Notes: a model not told the origin generated them from the sequence alone. A stretch of 64,000 nt of DNA from Patescibacteria group bacterium (GCA_041665345.1 JBAYJA010000001.1:137206-201205), one strand, 5' to 3'; numbered from the stretch's first letter, positions 8,839 to 18,132 are shown. Numbers and translations are program-made.

Positions 8839-9669
8839 ATGATGATTGTGGAAGGCTTGTCAGGTCGCTACACACTAGGCACGCAAGTAGCAGAAACTGA
8901 GAAGTACCGGCTCTACCTTTGTAGAGAAGAAAGCACAGGCCAAGAGTGCTTGCTGCAGATAGCCACAGACAATCAGCATGATGGCACACTATGCCGTTCT
9001 GCTGTTCGGCTAGAAGTACTCAAACGTGCAGCCGATGCACTTGAAGCCGAGTATGAAAAGGTTCGTGAGAACCCTGAGATGCGGCTGAATTACGCCATTG
9101 GTTTCCCTGAGTTGATTGACAGTTTTCCTTGCATTCCGCAAGGTTCACGTCAGATCAATATCCTTGCATTTAGAAATGTTGAGGATGTGAGACACATGGT
9201 GCCGCTGTGTAATATTACTGTTCGGGATCACCTCCGGGTTGATTTTCGAACCAGTGCATGGATCATGGGGAAATTATTAAAGCTCCTGGTCTTTGCGCAC
9301 AGTCAGGGCATTGCGGTTGGACGGCTGGATAGCGCGAACATTTTGATTGAGCCAAAGCAGCACTACGTGTTGTTCTTTGACTGGTCAGAAGCATTTGTCT
9401 ATCCCGAAACTGTTCCGACGGAAATTGCCCGCCAGGAAATTGCCCAGGCCGCCAACGCGGTGATTACTGTTGTTGGAGGAAATCTGGAAACAAGAACTTT
9501 CCCGGACGACGGCGATACTGCGCAAGATCGCTACACGGATTTTTTGCTGCAGCTGGCTGACGGACGTCAGCGGGATGCACAGCAGGCGCACACGGAATTC
9601 TACAAGCTCGTTGATGAGCTCTGGAAACGTGAGTATTACGAATTCACCACGCTACCCGTACACACGTAA
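8839..9669 (+). CDS. Protein kinase-like fold protein, probably a pseudokinase
   Basis: RYTLG N-lobe, AHSQGIAVGRLDSANILI (catalytic loop region), FFDWS (DFG position); AAGGAG SD. Confidence 0.7.
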   Translation: MMIVEGLSGRYTLGTQVAETEKYRLYLCREESTGQECLLQIATDNQHDGTLCRSAVRLEVLKRAADALEAEYEKVRENPEMRLNYAIGFPELIDSFPCIPQGSRQINILAFRNVEDVRHMVPLCNITVRDHLRVDFRTSAWIMGKLLKLLVFAHSQGIAVGRLDSANILIEPKQHYVLFFDWSEAFVYPETVPTEIARQEIAQAANAVITVVGGNLETRTFPDDGDTAQDRYTDFLLQLADGRQRDAQQAHTEFYKLVDELWKREYYEFTTLPVHT

Positions 9670-9690
9670 ACACAGGAAGGAGTTTGATTC

Positions 9691-10809
9691 ATGGGAAAAG
9701 AAACTTTCTCACGAACCACGTACAGCAAATCGTACGCGAAATTCGCGTCAAAAGATGGTCCGGCAACGTCAAAGGCTGAGCAAACAGCCCACAAAACTGG
9801 TAAGCTGAATCCGCTTGTTGATCCGCAGGGATTTGGCGTGATTCGGCGTTCACTGCTTCGTCTGGAGCAGCTCCCAAATAAACTTTGGGAAGTGACCGTC
9901 GGAAGTCCACTCCCTATCGAAACCCGAGTCGACACGACCGGCAGCATGGGGCATAACGTTGATATTGCTTTACGGGTTCTTCCGAATGCATTTGAGCAGA
10001 TCAGCGAGGTAACCCCGGGCTACGATCAGCAGGTTGCCACCGGTATTTTTGGTGACGTGCAGGACCGGTTTGTCCTGTGCCGTCCGCAGTTTGAAATGGT
10101 TGCGGAGAAAATCGTTGAGCAGCTAACCTTAATGGTTCCTGAGCGAGCCGGTGGTGATGCTGACGAAGATCCGCACTACGGCCTATTTGGAGCCGCTTAC
10201 CTGGTTGCCGCGTACATTAATCGGATCGGTCTGAAAAGGTACGATTTCACTGCTTCTGATGCGTCAGCGCGTGATCGACTTGATGAAAGTCAACTTATCC
10301 GAATATTCGGACCCGACGTTTTCGCCAAGGTCGCCGAAAATGGGCATCAAATGCGCGCCGATGATCTCCCCACAACAGCTGATGTTGTGCAAGATCTCCT
10401 CAAACGCGCACATGCCTTTTTCCTGCAGGTTGGCGACAATTCGGAGACCACCAGATTCTGGACAAGAATCTACGGTCGCGAACGCGTGGTCATTCTGCCA
10501 AGCACCGAGCTAATGCCTCAGGTGCAGGCAACGATCATTGGACTGACCGAAGGAACACTCGATCTGAAAGATGTGCCGGCATTCCTGAAGAAGCACAATG
10601 TGCAATTGGGGGATGCTGAGAAAATCGCCCGTTCGGTTGCCAATATTCCAATTGGCGCACAAGCCGCGTTGCCGAATTTTTCCAAGCGTCCCAAGAAGGG
10701 TGACCTCTTCCGTGAGAAGACCGACCTTTGGCCGGTTGATCCACAGGAGCTTGGAAAAGCTAAGCCCCATAAGGCAAAGCCAGGCGACAAAAAGACTGAA
10801 TGGCTGTAA
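9691..10809 (+). CDS. vWA-domain protein
   Basis: MIDAS-like VDTTGSMG, GGDADED, ASDAS; AAGGAG SD. Confidence 0.75.
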   Translation: MGKETFSRTTYSKSYAKFASKDGPATSKAEQTAHKTGKLNPLVDPQGFGVIRRSLLRLEQLPNKLWEVTVGSPLPIETRVDTTGSMGHNVDIALRVLPNAFEQISEVTPGYDQQVATGIFGDVQDRFVLCRPQFEMVAEKIVEQLTLMVPERAGGDADEDPHYGLFGAAYLVAAYINRIGLKRYDFTASDASARDRLDESQLIRIFGPDVFAKVAENGHQMRADDLPTTADVVQDLLKRAHAFFLQVGDNSETTRFWTRIYGRERVVILPSTELMPQVQATIIGLTEGTLDLKDVPAFLKKHNVQLGDAEKIARSVANIPIGAQAALPNFSKRPKKGDLFREKTDLWPVDPQELGKAKPHKAKPGDKKTEWL

Positions 10810-10842
10810 ACCCCCTCTCACGACAAACCGAATGAGGTGATG

Positions 10843-12228
10843 ATGACGAACAAAGTCTACGTTGTCACCGATCTCGGTCCAGGAGACGGTGGCAAAGGTG
10901 GTGTGGTGCACAAAATCTCCACGATGCAGTGCGCGCATACCATTATTAAAGTCGGCGGTGCGCAGGGAAGCCACGGTGTCTGCACCTCGCAGGGTGAAAG
11001 CTTTGCTTTCAGCCAGTGGGGTTGCGGGACGCTGGAAGGGGTGAAAACACACATCTCCTCAGAGATGGTTGTCATGCCCGAAGGTTTACTGAATGAAGCT
11101 GATACCCTGCGCTACAACTGTGGAGTGCACAATGCCTTTGATCTCCTCACGGTTGATGAAAGTGCGCTGTGCGCCACACCCTACCATGGTATTGCCTCAC
11201 GCCTGAAAGAGATGGCGTTGGGCGACCACCCGCGTGGAACCATTGGTACCGGCGTTGGCGAAGCGTTCCGCATAGCGGAACGCATGCCAGAGCTCGCACT
11301 ATACGTTCGTGATCTTTCACGAGCGCATTTGCGACAAAAATTAGCTGACTGCAGAGAGCAAATCCGTTCCGATCTTGCAGGAGTGATGCGCGGGGAATTT
11401 TCCGGTGCTGACCAGGAAGCTGCGCAGCAGGAAATGCATCTTCTGTATGATGATGATTTCCTGACGTATGTCTTCCAACGCTTCCAAACAGTTGGGAAAC
11501 GGGCAACAATTGTTGATCCTGGCTATCTTGGGAGGGAGATTCTCTCGCAAGACGGAGTAGCAATCGTGGAGAAATCCCACGGGGTGCTCACTGATCGCTA
11601 TCATGGTTTTCATCCCCATACCAGCGCTATTCGGACATTGCCATGCTTTGCCGAAGCAATGTTGAGGCGCGCTGGCTATGGCGGAAGTATTATCCACCTT
11701 GGTGTTACTCGGGCATACCAGATTCGCCATGGAGCCGGACCCATGCCAACTGCTGATCCAGCAATGGCAGAACACTTGCTTCCGGGTAGTCACAAGGAGG
11801 AGAATCGTTACCAAGGCAAGATTCGCGTTGGTCCGCTGGATCTTGTCCTGCTTCGCTACGCCCTAGCAGCCTGTGGAGGTCCAACCGCTTTCGATGGCCT
11901 TGCCGTCACGTGGTTTGATCAAATACAGGCAAATGGTGCTTGGCACCTGTGCGATGGGTACGAGGGCAGTATTGGGCAAGACTTTTTCACACCCCTGGGT
12001 GATATAAAAGTCCGGCACGGCAATGATGCGAACCAGCTTGCGTACCAAGAAGCTTTGGGGCAGCACCTCTTGTGCTGCACGCCCAAGCTGCAAACTGTCC
12101 ACTTTTCACCAACCGAAACGCGAGACAATTTGTTCGCGCTTTGTGCTGGTGTGTTACAAGAAAAATTAGGCATTACAACCAGAATGATCTCGTTTGGGCC
12201 AACTGAACGAGACAAAACGTGCAAGTGA
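10843..12228 (+). CDS. Adenylosuccinate synthetase-like protein (divergent PurA paralog)
   Basis: GDGGKG P-loop, GGAQGSH, GTIGTGVG, RAYQIRHGAGPMPT, RVGPLD, ISFGPT. Confidence 0.85.
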   Translation: MTNKVYVVTDLGPGDGGKGGVVHKISTMQCAHTIIKVGGAQGSHGVCTSQGESFAFSQWGCGTLEGVKTHISSEMVVMPEGLLNEADTLRYNCGVHNAFDLLTVDESALCATPYHGIASRLKEMALGDHPRGTIGTGVGEAFRIAERMPELALYVRDLSRAHLRQKLADCREQIRSDLAGVMRGEFSGADQEAAQQEMHLLYDDDFLTYVFQRFQTVGKRATIVDPGYLGREILSQDGVAIVEKSHGVLTDRYHGFHPHTSAIRTLPCFAEAMLRRAGYGGSIIHLGVTRAYQIRHGAGPMPTADPAMAEHLLPGSHKEENRYQGKIRVGPLDLVLLRYALAACGGPTAFDGLAVTWFDQIQANGAWHLCDGYEGSIGQDFFTPLGDIKVRHGNDANQLAYQEALGQHLLCCTPKLQTVHFSPTETRDNLFALCAGVLQEKLGITTRMISFGPTERDKTCK

Positions 12229-12248
12229 AACTTGCAGGAGGACAAACA

Positions 12249-13247
12249 ATGTCAGGAGAAACCCTTGATCCGGTAACTGCTAAACTTCGCGAACTTGGCG
12301 TTGACGATGCAACGATCGGAAAAATTAAAGATGATCTCGGCGCGACGAGTGTTGAAGATCTTGCCGGTCTGACCGAAGCCGATCTCATCGGTACGGGCAT
12401 GAAGGTTTTGCAGGCAAGAAAATTACTTGCCGCGCTTGCCCCTACCGCCTCGCCTACTGCTGATCCTACCGCTGAATTAGCCGAAGGTGAGCAGCCTTCC
12501 AAAGCGCAGGTGAGTGGCTTTGCTGGCATGCTTGGCGCTGATCCTACCGCTCTGCTCCTGCTCATGAGCGGTAAGGGTGGTGATATGGATCTTACATCCA
12601 TGATATCTATTGCTAGCCTGGTCAACGGGTATAATCCCAAACGCCGAGACTTGTACTTGACGGTTATGGGTCAGGTTGAAGGTCGGCTTGGATTACCCAT
12701 TGTTGTTATCGACGGCGATGGCAGCATCAACCGCGAACTTACCATCGAGTACATTGAAGGACTCGAGGAAGGACGTGATTCTGCCGAAAACAACATCTAT
12801 TTCGATTCAACCGGCTCGCCGCATGAAGTCATTCGCGTTGGTGTTGATGCACAGAGCATCTACGACGCTGATCCGTTGAATCCAAGTCGGGCACTGCAGA
12901 AGAGTGGTATGGGTATTGGTCGCGTGAATTGGACCAACGTACCGCTGGAAGTTCGTCAGGTCGCATACTATGCGGTCACCAAAACGGGTGAAATCGACCC
13001 GAATAATGATGCGCATCAGTCGTGGCTCCGTGACAAAATGAAACCAGGCTCAACTCGTCTGGTCTTTCATGGGCAGGCTCCACGTGCAATCAGCGAATTC
13101 AACGAAGCGGCTCGTACTGGTTCGTTACCAACACTTCGGGTCATGCTTTCGCGTGGTCCGCGCCGTCCGGAGTTTATGCCGCGTCGCCGTCGATCATCGC
13201 CAGCCGACCTTACCGGCATTGGCGGACGTCGAGACGATGACATCTAG
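12249..13247 (+). CDS. Hypothetical protein with N-terminal SAM (sterile alpha motif)-like domain
   Basis: LRELGV...VEDLAGLTEADLIGTGMKVLQARKLLAAL; AGGAGG SD. Confidence 0.7.
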   Translation: MSGETLDPVTAKLRELGVDDATIGKIKDDLGATSVEDLAGLTEADLIGTGMKVLQARKLLAALAPTASPTADPTAELAEGEQPSKAQVSGFAGMLGADPTALLLLMSGKGGDMDLTSMISIASLVNGYNPKRRDLYLTVMGQVEGRLGLPIVVIDGDGSINRELTIEYIEGLEEGRDSAENNIYFDSTGSPHEVIRVGVDAQSIYDADPLNPSRALQKSGMGIGRVNWTNVPLEVRQVAYYAVTKTGEIDPNNDAHQSWLRDKMKPGSTRLVFHGQAPRAISEFNEAARTGSLPTLRVMLSRGPRRPEFMPRRRRSSPADLTGIGGRRDDDI

Positions 13248-13281
13248 TCGTTAATCGTTCCTTTTTCCACTTTGGTGGGGT

Positions 13282-13318
13282 GGCCAGAAAGCATTACGCT
13301 TTCTGGCCATTTATTTTA
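13282..13318. terminator. Terminator between convergent genes
   Basis: TGGCCAGAAAGC-atta-cGCTTTCTGGCCA followed by TTTATTTT. Confidence 0.75.
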
Positions 13319-15253
13319 CTTGATTTTTGGCAAGAATACCCGGTTCGCGTAGAGTTGGGTTGCTAGCTGGCGGTAGCCCGAATCCCAGAAGGTGCTCTGC
13401 CCGTCAATGCGATCAGCGTGTGGTGTTTGGATGCCGCCGTGTGCAGGAAAGAATCGTTCATAGCCCTTGTGCATCAAGCGGTACTGGAGGGTGTCGCGTT
13501 CCAGTTCTTCAATGTACAGTCCCCGCGCTTCTCGCCCATGCAGAGTTTTCTGCGTGTCATACATATACGGTGTTAGCAGTTTTTCGCGCAGTTCGCGAAT
13601 CTCGCTGGCGTTTCCTTCCCAGGCCGCGCCAAAGAGAATATGTGTCCAAGAGCTTTCGCCCAGGGATACTTCAGGACTGTTAAAGTCCTGTACACCTAGA
13701 CCCCCTTTCGTTTCCTCAAGCCAGAATGCAACAACATCACCCTGCAGGTGATTTTGGGTAAAAGTTTCTTTCAGCTGCTTCTGCAGTTTTTCGTGCTCAC
13801 TTGGGGCTACCCCTGGCCGCACGAAGACGCCGGTATCCACATCCGCACCGTTAGCGCCGTAACCCTTCAGCCGTGAACCGAAAAGCAATACCACCGGGTA
13901 GAGTTTTTGCGACAGTTCTGGGTTTGCTTCAATGGCCGCCACAATGTTCTGGGTGTCCTGCACCTCTGCTTTCAGCTCTGAGAGGTTCTTAGAAAACGGT
14001 CCGGCGAGCGCAGGGACGGAAATATCCAGCGCTTCAAGCTCCGACGTTGTAATAAGTTGTAGGCCATGGAGACGGAAGAAAGTTTTTTCTAGCTCCTCAT
14101 GTACTGCTGGCGCAGCTGTGTGCCAGAGAGCGGTGAGCGTATCCTGGTAGCGCTCAAAGAGCACCTGCGCTGCTTGGGGGTTGGTTCGTGTGATTGCTTC
14201 AATAGCCTTGCGGATGCCGTTGATGGCTGCTTGCTGGCTTTCTACGCTGGCCTTCGGGTCAAAATACTCCTCAAGGGTGTGCTGATTGAGTGCTCCATTG
14301 GCGATTGCAGTTTGTAGGGCATCCCCAAGCGTTTCCAGAATTTTGCGTTTTTTTTCGCGTGTTAGCCACGCTTCCCGTTTCTTGGTCATACCCGTGTACG
14401 TCTCAGCGTCAATTTGCTTAAATGCATTTTGGATTGTTTCTTGCAATGCGGAAGGGGATAGGGTTGATGCTGTTGTAGTTTCTTGCTTCTCTGAATGTTC
14501 AGAGGGTATAGAAATTTCTAGCGTCACGTTTCTGACAAAAGCATTGGAAGATGCATGCATTGCTTTCAGCTCTGCCTCATGAAGAAGGCCCAGATCTGCC
14601 AAAACCGGTAGCGTGTCTGCAATGCTCTGTTGCAGCGTTTCATCGTCACTAGATTCCAGAAGCTCCACCACCTCCTGGGTTGTCATGAGATTCCGCTCAA
14701 CGAGTTTGGGAATCAGGTGTGCAGCTTTCACAACCCGTGGTAGATCTCCCGCTCGTGATTCCACATCCAGTACGTCGCCGTCAACAAAGTTTGCCCGGAC
14801 ATCGTGCACCGACAAAAGTTTCTCCCACGCCCTACTGTACGCCTGGCGGAATTCCTCCGTAGCCTGTTGCAGCGCTGGAGAGTCTGGTTCCCAGGTCTTT
14901 GGCGGTAAAAATTCAAAGGGGAGGTAGAGTGCTATCCGTTGGTAATCCTCATCTTCAAGCAGGTATTGCAGTGAAGTGTAGAGTTCCGCCACTTCTGCCT
15001 CAGGAATGTTGCCGTTGGCCACTGCTTCTTCCAATGGAAGATCTGGCCGAGGCAGACGAGAGATGACTTCTTGCAACCTTTGATTCAGTTGCCGGCGCGA
15101 TTCAACCTGATTCTGGAATGCCTCATTTTTGGTGACATGGTCAGGCCAGACCTCTGCCGCATGAGCAAGATCCAGGAAGGATTCCACTGCCGGAGGGGCA
15201 ATAGGGTATCCTTCAGCTCGTTCATGTTCTCGTTTGTAGCCTTCATGGTTCAT
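13316..15253 (-). CDS. Large helical protein with C-terminal Pol-beta-type nucleotidyltransferase domain
   Basis: VLLFGSRLKGYGANGADVDTGVFV (GS..DxD). Confidence 0.75.
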   Translation of the reverse strand: MNHEGYKREHERAEGYPIAPPAVESFLDLAHAAEVWPDHVTKNEAFQNQVESRRQLNQRLQEVISRLPRPDLPLEEAVANGNIPEAEVAELYTSLQYLLEDEDYQRIALYLPFEFLPPKTWEPDSPALQQATEEFRQAYSRAWEKLLSVHDVRANFVDGDVLDVESRAGDLPRVVKAAHLIPKLVERNLMTTQEVVELLESSDDETLQQSIADTLPVLADLGLLHEAELKAMHASSNAFVRNVTLEISIPSEHSEKQETTTASTLSPSALQETIQNAFKQIDAETYTGMTKKREAWLTREKKRKILETLGDALQTAIANGALNQHTLEEYFDPKASVESQQAAINGIRKAIEAITRTNPQAAQVLFERYQDTLTALWHTAAPAVHEELEKTFFRLHGLQLITTSELEALDISVPALAGPFSKNLSELKAEVQDTQNIVAAIEANPELSQKLYPVVLLFGSRLKGYGANGADVDTGVFVRPGVAPSEHEKLQKQLKETFTQNHLQGDVVAFWLEETKGGLGVQDFNSPEVSLGESSWTHILFGAAWEGNASEIRELREKLLTPYMYDTQKTLHGREARGLYIEELERDTLQYRLMHKGYERFFPAHGGIQTPHADRIDGQSTFWDSGYRQLATQLYANRVFLPKIK

Positions 15254-15532
15254 GTACGTAGCATAAAGTGAATACTCAAAACACACAACATATTTTATTA
15301 GCCTAGCACTTGCCTACGTAACACCCGTCTTCATCCCTTGAAAAAATGTTTATTTCACCTCTTGACAAGAGTAACAAAAAATGAGAAGGTTGCGGGTCTA
15401 AAAACCAGAGATTTGGGAGTGCAAAAGTGCATTTTCACTCCCAAATCTTTCCCCTCAATTTCTATTGGATTGAAGGGCAAAAAATGAATAAAAATAACCG
15501 AAATTGTTCACCATTTACAAGAAGGAGGTAGC

Positions 15533-16081
15533 ATGGGAAACCGTGCGCACATCACCATCGATGTGCAGAATGACTTTTGCCCTGAGGGAAGACTTGCGGT
15601 TACTGCGGGTGATGAAGTTGTACCCGTCATTAACCAGCGGGTGAAGAATCCTGCTTATAAACGCAAGTACAATTCCCGTGATTGGCATCCGCCCGGTTCG
15701 GAGCATTTTAAGAAATGGCCGACGCACTGTGTGGAAAAAACTTTGGGTGCAGCCTTTCATCCGGATTTGGATCTCACAGACGCAGTGATTATTACCAAAG
15801 GTCAAGACCCGGCGCTCGATGGTTACAGCGCCTTTGAGGGTACGACGTCCTGGGGAGCAATGCTGGAAGATGATCTTCGCGCACATGGAATCACCGACAT
15901 TGACATCGAAGGTTTGGCTACTGAATATTGCGTGAAGAAATCTGCTATTGATGGAGCCAAACGTGGTTTCAACGTTACGGTGTACCTCGATGGCTGCCGG
16001 GCAGTGAATATCAAGCCGGGCGACGAAGAAGCAGCGATTGTCGAAATGCGTGCCGCCGGCGTCAACGTTGTGGCCGCCTAA
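15533..16081 (+). CDS. pncA: Nicotinamidase
   Basis: IDVQNDF, DWHP, WPTHCV, KG, YSAF, GLATEYCV; AAGGAGG SD. Confidence 0.94.
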   Translation: MGNRAHITIDVQNDFCPEGRLAVTAGDEVVPVINQRVKNPAYKRKYNSRDWHPPGSEHFKKWPTHCVEKTLGAAFHPDLDLTDAVIITKGQDPALDGYSAFEGTTSWGAMLEDDLRAHGITDIDIEGLATEYCVKKSAIDGAKRGFNVTVYLDGCRAVNIKPGDEEAAIVEMRAAGVNVVAA

Positions 16082-16103
16082 GCATAAACCGCTCATTCGC
16101 ACT

Positions 16104-16138
16104 TGGAGGTACGCGTTCAACTCGCGTACCTCCACCCA
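16104..16138 (+). other. tRNA minihelix-like hairpin in mRNA spacer
   Basis: 12-bp stem TGGAGGTACGCG/CGCGTACCTCCA, loop TTCAACT, then C-CCA. Confidence 0.6.
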
Positions 16139-16151
16139 AAAAATTTCTTTT

Positions 16152-16227
16152 AGAGCTTTGTGACAGTCACCTGACTGTCCCATTCCTCTGGTCATAACAT
16201 AAGGTTGTGGCCTTGCACTTTCAGAAA
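16152..16227 (+). promoter_or_regulatory. Candidate cis-regulatory RNA motif, copy A (two abutting hairpins + boxA-like)
   Basis: AGAG..CTCT | GGTCATAAC-ATAAG-GTTGTGGCC | TTGCACTTTCAGAAA. Confidence 0.6.
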
Positions 16228-16255
16228 TACACATTCAATCAGAACGAGGTGAAAC

Positions 16256-16570
16256 ATGGTAAACGTACAAGCCTTTGAGTTGCGGAAGTTGATTCCCGAA
16301 CTTGAGGCACAACTCAAGCAAGCGAGACAAGCGCTTGAAGCGATTGAAGCACGGTGCTCGCATAGCTGGGGCCCAGTACAGTACGACCCCATCGAGCATG
16401 CTGCATATCACATTCCCGGCGACCCGCCGGAGTTTAGCGGCGCAGATCATCGATTTCCAATGGACGTGCCCGCCCGAACCGAGAAACGTTGGCGACGGGA
16501 TTGCATCCATTGCGGAAAACCAGAATACACAAACCATACAAAACCTGCTGGGGAAGAGCCAGTGTTCTAA
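16256..16570 (+). CDS. Hypothetical protein, coiled coil plus CxHxW...CxxCG putative Zn ribbon
   Basis: GAGGT SD; RCSHSW and RDCIHCG. Confidence 0.75.
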   Translation: MVNVQAFELRKLIPELEAQLKQARQALEAIEARCSHSWGPVQYDPIEHAAYHIPGDPPEFSGADHRFPMDVPARTEKRWRRDCIHCGKPEYTNHTKPAGEEPVF

Positions 16571-16627
16571 TGGATGTTGTGGGTGAAGTATGTGCTTGTT
16601 TGTGCATACTTCACCCCTTTCTCATGA

Positions 16628-16703
16628 AGAGACGAGAGATGATTATGTGATCATCTTCTATCTCTGGTCATAACATTAGGTTGTGGCCTTGCACCTTAAG
16701 AAA
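16628..16703 (+). promoter_or_regulatory. Candidate cis-regulatory RNA motif, copy B
   Basis: AGAGA..TCTCT | GGTCATAAC-ATTAG-GTTGTGGCC | TTGCACCTTAAGAAA; 39/42 identical to 16186-16227. Confidence 0.6.
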
Positions 16704-16731
16704 ATGAATTTCATCCGAAAGTGAGGATACA

Positions 16732-18132
16732 GTGAAAGTCATCATGTATGGCTTAAGCGCTAATCCGCCTGGGATACACCATCGTTTATTGGTGCAGGAA
16801 ATGGCGAAGTATGCAGACCTGGTCATTGTGGTGCCGTGCGGTTTACGGCCGGACAAGTTGACCACGAATGATATCCCGCCGTTGTACCGTGCAGCAATGA
16901 CCGACATGACCTTTCAGGACATTCCAAATGTATGCGTGGATCTGTCTGACTTAGAACGATCAGTATTCACGCGAAGTTGGGAGTTGTTGCAAAGGTATGA
17001 GCGAGAATATCCTGGAGCGGAACTTTGCTTGGCAGTTGGTGGCGATCTTATTGCCAACGGTCGCTATGGTGAGTCAGCCATTCACCGCAAGTGGGAGCAG
17101 GGGAAAACACTGTGGGAAAATGCAAACTTCATTGTTTGCAATCGCCTGCACACTCCCTTTGATCCTGTGGATCTACCCCCACACTGCCAGTTTGTGCATG
17201 TAGACCTTGTCGGTTCCAGCACAGACATTCGGGATCGCGTGTTCGGACACAAACCAATTACCGGTTTGGTGATGCCGAGCGTGGAGACCTACATTCATCG
17301 GTACAATCTGTACCGGGGCATGATGGCGGCCACAACCGCGAAGCATGCCAGCTTAGATAATCCTCGCCTGCTCATACTGGCAGATGCTGAGACGCCACGA
17401 GCAATGGCAATCGCTTCGCAGTTCGCGCGGTTTGAGGATGCTGAAAATCCAAACGGCATTTTGGTCTGTGGCGGTGATGGCATGATGCTGCAAGCAATTC
17501 GGCAGGAGTGGCGCCGACGTTTGCCCTTCATCGGCATGAATGCTGGCCATTGGGGGTTCCTCATGAATAGCTTCGAAGAAATCACCGCAATGGATCACGC
17601 CTTTGATGACCTCTCTTTTGTCCAGTCGCCCATGCTGTACGTGGAGTCAGTGCGGCCAGATGGAACCACGGCAAATGCCTTGGCGTTCAACGACTGCTGG
17701 ACGCATTCGCAGAACAATGGGCAAGCAGCGAAATCTGAGGTTCGCGTGAACGGCAGAGTCTGCCTCAAGTCCGTGGTGTCAGATGGCATGCTGGTGAGTA
17801 CGGCCGCGGGATCAACCTCGTATGCGCGGGCAATGGGCGCTATGCCACTTCCGGTGGGCTCGAGTCAGCTTATCCTCGTGGGCAGCAATGTGTTTTCCCC
17901 CTTTGGGTGGCGGCCAGCGTACCTGCCAATTACCGATCGGATTTGCATCCGAACTTTGGAACCGGAGAAGCGTCCGGTAGATGCATTTGTTGATGGTATT
18001 TCCTTTGGGCAAACCATGCAGCTCGATGCCCGAACCAGCAATATTGCTTCCGTGGAAATTGGATTCTTCGGCGCACACGATTTGCAGGAGAAGATCCGCG
18101 CAATTCAGTTCGTTGAGCAGTATCTTCAATAG
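16732..18132 (+). CDS. nadD-nadK: Fusion of NadD-like nicotinate-nucleotide adenylyltransferase and NAD kinase
   Basis: N-term GLSANPPGIHH, SSTDIR, VETYIHRYNLY; C-term GGDGMML, GFLMN, AFND, DGMLVSTAAGSTSY. Confidence 0.88.
   Translation: MKVIMYGLSANPPGIHHRLLVQEMAKYADLVIVVPCGLRPDKLTTNDIPPLYRAAMTDMTFQDIPNVCVDLSDLERSVFTRSWELLQRYEREYPGAELCLAVGGDLIANGRYGESAIHRKWEQGKTLWENANFIVCNRLHTPFDPVDLPPHCQFVHVDLVGSSTDIRDRVFGHKPITGLVMPSVETYIHRYNLYRGMMAATTAKHASLDNPRLLILADAETPRAMAIASQFARFEDAENPNGILVCGGDGMMLQAIRQEWRRRLPFIGMNAGHWGFLMNSFEEITAMDHAFDDLSFVQSPMLYVESVRPDGTTANALAFNDCWTHSQNNGQAAKSEVRVNGRVCLKSVVSDGMLVSTAAGSTSYARAMGAMPLPVGSSQLILVGSNVFSPFGWRPAYLPITDRICIRTLEPEKRPVDAFVDGISFGQTMQLDARTSNIASVEIGFFGAHDLQEKIRAIQFVEQYLQ

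Noticed and set aside
10843-12228. PurZ / Z-genome biosynthesis
   Set aside because: Catalytic Asp retained (GDGGKG); no datZ, mazZ or phage polymerase nearby.
16104-16138. Bona fide tRNA or tmRNA gene
   Set aside because: No D or anticodon arms and no tag ORF; both stem strands are contiguous with the loop.
16152-16227. Known NAD+-I or NAD+-II riboswitch
   Set aside because: Only the AGAGC start resembles NAD+-II. The conserved internal-loop and SD-pairing sequences are absent as far as I can match by eye.
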